Part shown: piece after piece, positions 55,883-64,000 of the stretch
Layout: each line of letters starts with the position of its first letter
Numbering within the stretch: the stretch's first letter is position 1
From: an uncultured Dehalococcoidia bacterium
Lineage (GTDB): Bacteria; Chloroflexota; Dehalococcoidia; Lucifugimonadales; UBA3495
Direction of reading: 5' to 3'
Length of the DNA stretch: 64,000 bases
Assembly (NCBI GenBank): GCA_958296225.1
Contig: OY282456.1
Location: 3,600,768 to 3,664,767, forward strand
Notes under the pieces: generated by a model
Told to the model about the DNA's origin: nothing
Databases searched by the model: none
Seen by the model: only the letters and a program-made list of their open reading frames with translations
Position numbers and translations under genes: made by a program

Positions 55883-56444
55883 ACCAATCGGTACCGTTGA
55901 TGCCCCGACGTGTCGTAGCTCTAGCGCTCGCTGGAAAGGCGGAAACGATTTTCAACCAACGTCCCTCGGAATGGGAAATTTCCCGGATTTCCTGCGCTAC
56001 TTCGGCCAAGTCCTGGTCCTGGCTGAAAATTACCGCCACATCCAGTTGACCCACGCGCGCCATTCTAACCACGTCCAATCCAATGCGCAGGTCAATGCCT
56101 TTTTCCTGCCGGGCAACTATCTTTTCCCGATTAGCGCCATCGGTCAGTATCTCGTTCTCAATCTGGTAACGCAGCGGACGAGCCGTTACCGTTATGCCGG
56201 CGCGTTGCATAGCAAGGAAACGGCTCTGCCAATATCCGTACCACATAGGATCTCTGACGGCATCGGGAACGCCCGTGTAAAAGCGCACACCGTAATTCTG
56301 CCAGTCATTCTCCCGGCATACGGCGTCGCTCAGTTTCGCGGGGTCATAGTTCGGATGATAATGCCCAAATGCCGCCATCGCGTGCCGGAATAGATTCTGA
56401 CCGTCATAGAACGATACAGCTCGTTTGACAGTGGGCTCGTTCAT
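55818..56444 (-). CDS. NYN-domain (LabA/DUF88-like) protein
   Basis: AVSFYDGQNLF, EKGIDLRIGLDVV and AVIFSQDQDLAEV. Convergent with the Dam gene, overlapping it by 65 nt. A/T-richer by eye. Confidence 0.75.
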   Translation of the reverse strand: MNEPTVKRAVSFYDGQNLFRHAMAAFGHYHPNYDPAKLSDAVCRENDWQNYGVRFYTGVPDAVRDPMWYGYWQSRFLAMQRAGITVTARPLRYQIENEILTDGANREKIVARQEKGIDLRIGLDVVRMARVGQLDVAVIFSQDQDLAEVAQEIREISHSEGRWLKIVSAFPASARATTRRGINGTDWFRMDQTLYDACLDPWDYRPKR

Positions 56445-56630
56445 TGTCTTAGGGCCAAAAAATAACCCCTTTGGGCCCTTTCGGGATGTCCGCCGGGGGG
56501 GAATTGCTATGCAGTATAATCAATAACGGGGTCGGCGTCAAGGGATTCTCGCGGCGGGCAATTGCCTGATGCCGCGCCGACGGCTCCGACTGCTGGAACG
56601 TGAATGATACCTAACGGGAGGTTATCACCA

Positions 56631-58103
56631 ATGCCCAATGCTGTCCGCGTGCGCTATGCGCCCAGCCCTACCGGGAACCCGCATATTGGCAATATTCGCA
56701 CCGCTATGTTCAACTGGCTGTTCGCTCGCCGCAATAAAGGCCGGTTTATCGTGCGGGTGGAGGATACCGACCAGGGCCGCATTACCGAGGGCGCGGTGGA
56801 CCACATCCTCGACGGCCTGGAATGGCTGGGGATTGACTGGGACGAAGGGCCGCGCGTCGGCGGCGGTTACGGCCCCTACTTCCAGTCCCAACGGCTGGAA
56901 CGCTACCACGCCGCCGCGGAGCGGCTGGTTGCCGCCGGGGAGGCATACCGCTGCTACTGCCCGCCGGAGCGGGTGGACGCGCTGCGGAAAGAGCAGGCGC
57001 GCAACCGGCAGCGGGTGGGCTATGACAGCCATTGCCGCTACCTCGCGGAGTCGGAGCGACTAGCCAACGATGCCGCTGGGATGCCGTCGGTGCTGCGGTT
57101 CGCCATGCCTCAATCGGGGGTTACGTCGGTGGACGACGCCATCCGGGGCCACGTGGAATGGCAGAACGAACTTACCGATGACTTTGTGCTGGTGAAATCG
57201 GACGGGTTCCCCACCTATCACATGGCGGTGGTGGTGGACGACCACGCTATGGAAATATCCCACGTGCTGCGCGCCGAGGAATGGCTGCCCAGCACGCCGC
57301 GCCACGTGCAGTTGTACCGGGCGCTGGGGCTGACCATGCCCCGTTTCGGGCACCTGCCGATGATTCTGGGCGCTGACCGGGCCAAACTGTCCAAGCGGCA
57401 CGGCGCAACCTCGCTGATGGAATACCGGGACGACGGGTTTTTGCCGGAGGCGCTGATTAACTTCATGGCGCTGCTGGGCTGGTCGTTGGACGGGGAAACC
57501 GACATTATGGCGGCGGACACCATCCGGGAGCACTTTACGCTGGAACGGGTGGGCAAACCCGCCGCCATCTTTGACCTGGACAAGCTCCAGTGGATGAACG
57601 GCGTGTACATCCGGCAGACGGACGCCGTTGACCTGGCTGACCGCATCCGGCCTTTTCTGGAGCGCGAGTACCCGGCTGACCTGCTGCCCATTGACCGGGA
57701 ATATCTGCTCCGCATTGTGCCGTTGGTGCAAGAGCGCATCAAGACGCTGGCCGACGCGCCGGCTATGATTTCGTACTTCTTTGAGGATGCGCCGGAATAC
57801 GACGGGGCGATGCTGGTCCAGCGGGGTATGGACGCCGCCGGTACGCTGGCCGCCCTGCAACGGGCCGAGGCGGACTTGTCGGCCGTGGCCGCCGGTGATT
57901 TCGGCCACGAATCCCTGGAAGCCCGGTTACGCGCTACCGGGGCCGAACTCGGGCTGTCGGGGCGGCAATTTTTTGGCACGCTGCGGACTGCGCTCACGGG
58001 CCGCACCGCCACGCCGCCGCTGTTCGAGATGATGGAGGTTATGGGGCAAGAGCGGGTGGCGCAGCGGCTGGCGGTGGCGGCGGCGAAACTGGCGGACGCC
58101 TGA
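56631..58103 (+). CDS. gltX: glutamate--tRNA ligase
   Basis: VRVRYAPSPTGNPHIGNIRTA (HIGH) and KLSKRHG (KMSKS). Start at ATG 56631, preceded by GGGAGG. Confidence 0.92.
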   Translation: MPNAVRVRYAPSPTGNPHIGNIRTAMFNWLFARRNKGRFIVRVEDTDQGRITEGAVDHILDGLEWLGIDWDEGPRVGGGYGPYFQSQRLERYHAAAERLVAAGEAYRCYCPPERVDALRKEQARNRQRVGYDSHCRYLAESERLANDAAGMPSVLRFAMPQSGVTSVDDAIRGHVEWQNELTDDFVLVKSDGFPTYHMAVVVDDHAMEISHVLRAEEWLPSTPRHVQLYRALGLTMPRFGHLPMILGADRAKLSKRHGATSLMEYRDDGFLPEALINFMALLGWSLDGETDIMAADTIREHFTLERVGKPAAIFDLDKLQWMNGVYIRQTDAVDLADRIRPFLEREYPADLLPIDREYLLRIVPLVQERIKTLADAPAMISYFFEDAPEYDGAMLVQRGMDAAGTLAALQRAEADLSAVAAGDFGHESLEARLRATGAELGLSGRQFFGTLRTALTGRTATPPLFEMMEVMGQERVAQRLAVAAAKLADA

Positions 58104-58145
58104 CTTTTGCGAAACCCGTTATTGCCAAGATAGGCCGTCCCCAAG

Positions 58146-58183
58146 ACGCCCCGGATTCCCGCGAAAACGGGAATCCGGGGCGT
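58146..58183. repeat. perfect 16-bp-stem hairpin ACGCCCCGGATTCCCG-6 nt-CGGGAATCCGGGGCGT (GGAATCC/GGATTCC repeat family)
   Basis: Lies 43 nt after the gltX stop. Related short hairpins occur at about 6270-6295, 6875-6895, 6943-6965, 11885-11900 and 15362-15382. Confidence 0.7.
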
Positions 58184-58662
58184 ACTGGCGGGACAGGGTT
58201 TTGGATTCCGGCCCGGTATTGAGTAGGGGAGTGACCCTGTTGCCGGCGCCGGGCTGACGGCTGACGGCAGTCCGGGATGAGGGCTGACGGCCACGCCCAA
58301 CCCGCCGGCGGCAGGCCGGCGAGATGGCCGCGCTACGCTGGCGATGACAGAGGGAGCAGGCAGAGACGGCGCCGGGCGGCTGCCGGCCCGTGGCGCGCCG
58401 TAAAAAATTAACGCTTGGTAAATTTTTAGGAAAATGACCGCAATTAGAACTAAATTACCTTGACGCCTTCCCAAGCGGGGGTTGTAAAGTAACGGCGGGA
58501 AATTCCCACTTGATGGAACCAACCTAACGGCTTCCGGCGTTGCCCGATGCGGGCAAGCTCTCTGCCTAGCCCATTCTCCGTGCTTCAAATCATATAAACC
58601 GGGCGGTTGTGGTGGACAGGGGCTGGATACCGATTTCTAATGAACGGCAAGGAGAACCCTGA

Positions 58663-59493
58663 ATGCTCGCTACCGGAGTAACCGTCGTCAGCGACGGGGT
58701 GTTCAAAGTGGACGGAGGCGCGATTTTCGGTCGCATTCCCAAAATGATGTGGGAGAATCTGGTTACGACCGACCGCAAGAACCGGCTCACCATGGGCCTG
58801 AACTGCCTCCTCCTCCAATGCAACGGACGGCATATCCTGGTGGATACCGGGGTCGGCCCCAAGGACAATTATCGGGACAAAGAGATGTACGGCCTGGTTC
58901 CCAGCCGCCTGATGCGCAGCCTCAAAGGCATGGGCCTGGGCCCCAGGGACATTGACGGCGTGGTGCTTTCGCATCTGCATTTCAGCCACGCCGGCGGGGC
59001 GACCCGCATGGACCGGCAGGGGGATATGGTGCCGTCTTTCCCCAAGGCCACCTACTACGTGCAACGGGCGAGCTGGGAGGACGCCCAGCTACCTTCCATC
59101 AGGAACGCCGACGCTTTTCGAGTTGAGGACTTCGCGCCCATCGCGGAGCGGGGCCAGCTGGAGTTGCTGGACGGGGATACCGAGCTGTTCCCCGGCTTGA
59201 ACCTGATTGTTACCGACGGCCACTGCAACGGCCACCAGATTGCAGTTTTCACCCACGGCGGCGAGCGCATCGTGTACCTGGGCGACCTGGTGCCGACGCC
59301 GCACCACCTGGGACTTACGGTGATTTCCTCTTTTGACCACGAACCGGAGACGACGCTGGACCAAAAGCGGGAGGTTCTGTCGGATGCGGAAAGACACGGC
59401 TGGCTGCTGGTGTTTTCCCACGGCCACGAGACCAGGGCCGGTTACCTGGAGCGCCGGCAGGATATGACCTACCTGCGGCCCGTGGAGTTTTAG
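58663..59493 (+). CDS. MBL-fold metallo-hydrolase
   Basis: VVLSHLHFSHAGG (HxHxxH-type metal motif), later TDGHCNGH and VFSHGH. Confidence 0.75.
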   Translation: MLATGVTVVSDGVFKVDGGAIFGRIPKMMWENLVTTDRKNRLTMGLNCLLLQCNGRHILVDTGVGPKDNYRDKEMYGLVPSRLMRSLKGMGLGPRDIDGVVLSHLHFSHAGGATRMDRQGDMVPSFPKATYYVQRASWEDAQLPSIRNADAFRVEDFAPIAERGQLELLDGDTELFPGLNLIVTDGHCNGHQIAVFTHGGERIVYLGDLVPTPHHLGLTVISSFDHEPETTLDQKREVLSDAERHGWLLVFSHGHETRAGYLERRQDMTYLRPVEF

Positions 59494-59589
59494 GGAGGGA
59501 CGCCGCACTTCCGGGCTCCTCTCCTCGCTGAGAGACGCCCCTCACCCCCCAAACCCCTCTCCCACAATGGGGAGAGGGGCCGGCGACGC

Positions 59590-60885
59590 CTACGGCAGTT
59601 CTGCCGTCATTGCCTTGCCTTCCAGTTTGATGAGGCGGGCCGGGGTGATGCGGTTGGCGAGGTCAAGCCCGGTTGCGGTGGTTGCGCGCACGTAGTTGTC
59701 GGTGAGGCCGTTCCAGAGCATCGCGCCATTGTCTGCGGGGCGCGCCGTTTCCCACAGCACGCTCCGCGTTTGCCCGGCCAGGCGGCGGCGGTAGTTTGTG
59801 AACCCGTCTGCGCCCACGGCTGCCATTTCCGCAGCCCGGCGGCGCTTCTCGGCGTCTGCTACCCGACCGGGCAAGTAATGAGCCGTGGTTCCGGGCCGCT
59901 GCGAATAGGGGAACACGTGGATGTCGGAGAACTGCATCTGGGCGGCCAGGGCGAGGCTGGCGGCGTGGTCTCCGGCGCTCTCGCCGGGGAAGCCAACGAT
60001 GATGTCGGTGGTGATTCCGGCGTCGGGAACCGTATCGCGGATTAAGGCGATGGCGCGGCGATAGGCGGCGGTGTCGTAGCGGCGGCGCATCGCCGTTAGT
60101 GTGGCGTCGCAGCCGCTTTGCAGGGGGACGTGGAAATGGGGACAAAGGCGCGGGTTATGCCAGCGTTGGAGCAGGTCGGCGGTAATCTCGTGGGCCTGCA
60201 AAGAGGACACGCGGAGGCGGGGCAGGTCGGTCTCCGCCAGGATGCGGTCGAGCAACTGCGACAAGTTCACGCCGTCCCGGTCAAAGCCGTAGGTTCCCAG
60301 TTGCGTTCCGGTCAGCGTCACTTCCTGGAATCCGCTGGCGACGTGGCGCTGGACTGCTGCAACCAGGTCGTCCGGCGGGATGCTGCGCTCGCGCCCGCGC
60401 ACTTTGGGCACGATGCAGTAGGCGCAAACCTGGTCGCAGCCTTCCTGAATCTTGACCATCGCCCGGCTGCGACGCAAGATGCCGGCGACGGTTGCGGGGG
60501 CGGGTTTGGCCGCGGCAGCCCGGCGGTCGCCGCGCCGCCGGTTCAGGGCGGCAATCGCCAGCGCGGCCAGCTCCGGTTTTTCCCGGTTGCCCACTACCAG
60601 GGATACCTCCGGCATCCGGCGCAGTTCGTCGGCGGCGCGCTGGGGGTAGCAGCCGGCGGCCACCACCACGGCATCCGGGTTGGCGCGGTGGGCGGCGCGC
60701 AGGGACTGGCGGGCTTTGGAGTCGGCGGTGGCGGTTACGGTGCAGGTGTTGACGACGATGATGTCGGCATCCGGGTTGGCGTCCACCAGACGATAGCCGG
60801 CCTGGGCGAATTGGCGGGCGAGTACTGCGCTGTCGGCCTGGTTCAGTTTGCAGCCGTGGGTTTCGATGGCGACGGTTCCGGGCAT
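59590..60885 (-). CDS. mtaB: radical SAM methylthiotransferase, MtaB-like
   Basis: VAIETHGCKLNQADS (N-terminal UPF0004 cluster), EGCDQVCAYCIVP (radical SAM cluster) and a TRAM-like C-terminus. Confidence 0.8.
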   Translation of the reverse strand: MPGTVAIETHGCKLNQADSAVLARQFAQAGYRLVDANPDADIIVVNTCTVTATADSKARQSLRAAHRANPDAVVVAAGCYPQRAADELRRMPEVSLVVGNREKPELAALAIAALNRRRGDRRAAAAKPAPATVAGILRRSRAMVKIQEGCDQVCAYCIVPKVRGRERSIPPDDLVAAVQRHVASGFQEVTLTGTQLGTYGFDRDGVNLSQLLDRILAETDLPRLRVSSLQAHEITADLLQRWHNPRLCPHFHVPLQSGCDATLTAMRRRYDTAAYRRAIALIRDTVPDAGITTDIIVGFPGESAGDHAASLALAAQMQFSDIHVFPYSQRPGTTAHYLPGRVADAEKRRRAAEMAAVGADGFTNYRRRLAGQTRSVLWETARPADNGAMLWNGLTDNYVRATTATGLDLANRITPARLIKLEGKAMTAELP

Positions 60886-60947
60886 AGTGGCTTACCTGCG
60901 TAATCTGATACGTCCGTAATCTGACAGGTCCATAATTTGACCGGTCG

Positions 60948-61403
60948 TCAGTCGGGATTGGCGGCGGGCGGTGGCACAGCTCCGGCGGGAATCCGCGCCA
61001 CCAGGCGGTCAACGGCCTCGGTCAAGTCGTCCATTGCCATAAAGAGATAGTCAACGCGACTGCGCCGTTCCCGAACCCGCTCGGCGGCGTCGGCCACGGC
61101 GGAAAGGTGGTCAAAGGCGTCGCGGATGTAGCGGTCGCGCTCCTGCTCGCCGAGGCGGTGGACGAAATCCCGCAGGGCGGCGTCGGTATCCACCGCCGCG
61201 CCGTGCCAGAGGGCAACGCCGCGGGCCGCCGCTACCAGACTGCCCCACAGCAGTTCCTCGGCCTGGCTCCACTGCCCCCGGCGCATAGCAGTCTGTGCCG
61301 CATCCTGCAACCGCAGCGCCTGGCTACGATAGCGGGACAGACGGACGGGCAGGGACGGGTCGGCGTTGGGGCGATGGGAGGTCATTACTTCCAATTTTAG
61401 CAC
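60948..61403 (-). CDS. hypothetical helical protein (about 145-151 aa)
   Basis: Clean ORF with no recognised motif. Start is ambiguous (GTG 61403 or ATG 61385). Confidence 0.45.
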   Translation of the reverse strand: MLKLEVMTSHRPNADPSLPVRLSRYRSQALRLQDAAQTAMRRGQWSQAEELLWGSLVAAARGVALWHGAAVDTDAALRDFVHRLGEQERDRYIRDAFDHLSAVADAAERVRERRSRVDYLFMAMDDLTEAVDRLVARIPAGAVPPPAANPD

Positions 61404-61515
61404 ACGCCCGGAGACGTATTTTTACAGCGATAGACCGGATGGACTGGATTTTTCGGTTTGCCGGATAGTTGTAGTACACTGCGGGGCGATTTGCGGCCCA
61501 CGCCGTTAGCTGAGG

Positions 61516-62727
61516 ATGATGCCAATGTCTGCCGTTGCGCCTTTTCGCCATACTGCTTACCCCGTCCGGGTTTATGTCGGGGATGATGCTTTGTCCAACC
61601 TGCGGGCCGCGGTGGCGCGGGCCGGGGCCAGGCGTCCTTTTGTGGTTTGCGGGCAGTCGGTGGCGCGGCGCACTGACCTGCCGGAGCGCGTGGCCGCGGC
61701 GCTGGGGGAACCTCCCGCTGGGGTGTTTGACGGCGTGCAGACCGGCTCGCCGGTTCCGGCGGTGCTGGAAGGCGTCCGCATGGCCCGCGACGCCGATGCC
61801 GACCTCATCATCGCCGTGGGCGGCGGCAGCGCGGTGGTAACGGCGCGGGCCATCATCATTCTGCTGGCCGAGGGGGGCAGCCCGCGCGACCACGCCACCA
61901 GATACCCGCCGGGGCAGCCGCCGGTCAGTCCCCGGCTGATGCGGCCCAAGCTGCCTAACATTCTGGTTCTGACCACGCCCACCACGGCAGCCACTCGCGC
62001 CGGCACGGCCGTCATTGATGCCGAAACCGGCCACCGGCTGGAAATGTTCGACCCCAAAACCCGGCCGGCGGCGGTCATCTGGGACACGGAGGCACTGCTG
62101 ACCGCGCCCGCCGACTTGTGCATCAGCGCGTCCGGCTCCCTGTTCAGCGGGGTAGTCGGCGCATTGCAAGCGCCCACGCTGAACCCGCTGGCGACAGCCG
62201 ACCTGCTGGGCGCGCTGGGGCTGCTGGTGGAGAACCTGCCGGCAGCGCGCAAAGATGCGGATGACGGAGCGGCCAGGGTGAACCTGTGCGTGGCATCCCT
62301 GATGTACAACCGCGCGTGGGACAGCGGCGCCAGCGGTTCGGCCCTGGGCGTGGTCAGCGCGCTGGCGCACAGCCTGGATACCCGCTACGCCGGCTGCAGC
62401 CACGGCGCGGCGTATTCCATTACCACCGCGCCCGGGATGCGGTTCAACCGGGATTACAACCGGGGCGGGCAGGCAAGGGTGGCCGAGGCGCTGGGCGTTC
62501 GGGAACCCGGCGCAACCGACGCACAAGCCGCCGACGCGGCGGCCGACGCCGTAGGCAGTTTTTTCGAGGCTATCGGCTTGCCGGTCAGGCTACGAGATGT
62601 CGGCGTCCCGGCGGAGGGCATCGCCGCCATCGCCGAGGATGCGCTAACGGATTTCGGCCTGCACCGCAACGTGCGGCTAGTGAACGGCGCAGCAGAGCTG
62701 GAAGGTCTGCTGCGGGCGGCGTGGTAG
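61516..62727 (+). CDS. iron-containing alcohol dehydrogenase family protein (maleylacetate reductase-like)
   Basis: PFVVCGQS...DADLIIAVGGGSAVVTARA. Length is typical. Start may be ATG 61525. Confidence 0.75.
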   Translation: MMPMSAVAPFRHTAYPVRVYVGDDALSNLRAAVARAGARRPFVVCGQSVARRTDLPERVAAALGEPPAGVFDGVQTGSPVPAVLEGVRMARDADADLIIAVGGGSAVVTARAIIILLAEGGSPRDHATRYPPGQPPVSPRLMRPKLPNILVLTTPTTAATRAGTAVIDAETGHRLEMFDPKTRPAAVIWDTEALLTAPADLCISASGSLFSGVVGALQAPTLNPLATADLLGALGLLVENLPAARKDADDGAARVNLCVASLMYNRAWDSGASGSALGVVSALAHSLDTRYAGCSHGAAYSITTAPGMRFNRDYNRGGQARVAEALGVREPGATDAQAADAAADAVGSFFEAIGLPVRLRDVGVPAEGIAAIAEDALTDFGLHRNVRLVNGAAELEGLLRAAW

Positions 62728-63164
62728 GGACGCCGCCTTGCCGAGTTGTCAAAAAATGGCGGCAGGGTGTACGTTCAGGGTACGCTTGATGCCATCCGGC
62801 GCAAGGGTGTCGGGAGGAGGTCAAGTTATGGTTACGCTCAATATGCGGGACGGGCAGAGCGCCGGGGCGGGAGAAGGCGCGCGCGGCGAACCCGTATGCT
62901 CCGCCGCATCATCTACGCCAACTGCCTCGCTAGCCTCGCCGCCATTGGGGTGATGCTGACAGGGCGCGAAACGGGACAATACAACCTGGCGCTGGCGGGG
63001 CCTCCTGTCGCTGTTCCTGGGGTCGGTGGGATGGGCCGCCGGCTTGGTCTGGCTGGTGATTTTCCTCGCTCGGGATATATGGGCGACGCGGGACAGCTAC
63101 CGGCTGCTGTTTGGTAAGGTGTTAAATCGCGGCTGAAATCGCAGGAGCACTACCCCTCACCCAA

Positions 63165-63194
63165 CCCTCTCCCACAAGGGGAGAGGGCTTTAAT
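63165..63194. repeat. REP-like element CCCTCTCCCACAAGGGGAGAGGGCTTTAAT
   Basis: Identical 30-mer at 1316-1345. A variant CCCCTCTCCCACAATGGGGAGAGGGG lies at 59554-59579. Each forms a 9-bp hairpin. Confidence 0.85.
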
Positions 63195-63356
63195 CTTTGA
63201 AAAGGCCATAGCCGCAGGCAAGGCGGTTCCTCGCCAGAACGCAGCGGGCGGGAAATGAGCATGAGCCCGGCGGCAATGATAACCAACGTTACGCCGGATG
63301 CCAGCGAAACCGGGAGAACATCGAGCAAATCCCGCAAGTTCATACCGGGTATGATG

Positions 63357-64000
63357 CTACGCAAGCTCTGCCTTGCCGATTATCTCCGATACGCTGCCGA
63401 TTTCCCACTGAGTCAACAAGTCGACCAGTTCCCCCAGGATGCGGAAGGGCGCGTTGAGGTTGGCCAGGTTGGCGCTGCCAACCTGCACGGCGGTGGCGCC
63501 GGCCAGCAGGTACTCGACGGCGTGGCGGCCCGTCATTACCCCGCCGACGCCGATGATGGGAACGTTCACGGCCTGCGCCGTGCGATGTACCAGCGCCATG
63601 GCAACCGGGCGCAGCGCCGGGCCGGACAAGCCGCCGTAGCCGGCGCCCAGCGTGGGGCGCCCGGTGTCAACGTCAATGTGCAGGGCGGGCATAGTGTTGC
63701 AGATGGTCAGCGCATCCGCCCCGGCGTCCACGGCGGCATGGGCAATCTCGGTGATGTCGGGCACGTTGGGCGACAGCTTGGCCCACAGCGGCAAGCCGGT
63801 CTGACGGCGCACGCCGGCGACGGCCGCCTCGGCAAGCCGGGGGTAGTGGCTGAACATCGCGCCATCGGCGACGTTGGGGCAGCTGAGGTTCAGCTCGATG
63901 GCGGCGAAACCGTCCACTCCGCGCGTGAAGGCGGCCATTTCTTCCCACTGCTCCGGGCTGTCGCCGGCCATGCTCATTACGATGTTGGCGTCCATCGCCG
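63357..64000 (-). CDS. pyrD: dihydroorotate dehydrogenase catalytic subunit (class 1B type), C-terminal part; 5' end outside window
   Basis: AIELNLSCPNV, GGLSGPALRPVAMALV and IIGVGGVMTGRHAVEYLLAGATAVQVGSAN. Confidence 0.88.
   Translation of the reverse strand, partial: AMDANIVMSMAGDSPEQWEEMAAFTRGVDGFAAIELNLSCPNVADGAMFSHYPRLAEAAVAGVRRQTGLPLWAKLSPNVPDITEIAHAAVDAGADALTICNTMPALHIDVDTGRPTLGAGYGGLSGPALRPVAMALVHRTAQAVNVPIIGVGGVMTGRHAVEYLLAGATAVQVGSANLANLNAPFRILGELVDLLTQWEIGSVSEIIGKAELA

Noticed and set aside
57060-58588. Minus-strand ORFs 57060..57908 and 57218..58588
   Set aside because: Antisense to gltX and continuing into REP-rich intergenic DNA. Ser/Arg/Pro/Ala low complexity.
61324-62526. 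400-aa minus-strand ORF
   Set aside because: Antisense to the iron-containing alcohol dehydrogenase gene.
63122-63364. 80-aa minus-strand ORF overlapping the pyrD stop
   Set aside because: The N-terminal part has one hydrophobic helix, but the C-terminal third is a translation of the REP element at 63165-63194. Evidence is insufficient to call it.

Overview
High-G+C bacterial chromosomal segment using the standard code: TAA, TAG and TGA all terminate conserved genes here. About 55 protein genes can be supported.

Housekeeping blocks:
- rplU-rpmA-rpmE
- a lone xanthine-dehydrogenase-family molybdopterin subunit
- D-aminoacylase
- SufT-like and Mrp Fe-S assembly genes
- a fused AccD-AccA carboxyltransferase
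- two tandem acyl-CoA dehydrogenases
- an LLM oxidoreductase
- two tandem-domain Usp genes
- ltaE, lspA-rluD, glnS, gltX, mtaB and pyrD (partial)

Accessory material is interleaved with these:
- A MITE family with about 25-nt terminal inverted repeats. One copy has a 9-bp target-site duplication and one carries a transposase relic.
- Several REP-like hairpin families.
- Three PIN/VapC-type toxin-antitoxin pairs, one with a TAG-interrupted toxin.
- Relics of IS4/IS5-like elements and an N-terminal TnpB fragment.
- A tight operon of DUF1501, two retropepsin-like proteases and a SWIM protein, followed by a NYN protein.
- A Dam methyltransferase convergently overlapping a NYN gene, wedged between glnS and gltX.

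The most interesting part is a defence-type island at about 35.0-50.8 kb. Its apparently intact core is a Zn-ribbon gene, a PLD-SNF2 helicase fusion (1079 aa) and a 1216-aa gamma-class N6-adenine methyltransferase with no intact nuclease motif. An FRG-TPR fusion gene follows. This core is surrounded by decayed neighbours:
- a reverse transcriptase with an in-frame TGA
- an IS relic
- a start-less RelE/ParE-like domain in frame after the methyltransferase stop
- a collapsed AAA-ATPase/DUF4276 pair

No rRNA, tRNA or CRISPR array was recognised by eye. All family calls come from motif recognition in the translated ORFs. No database search was run.
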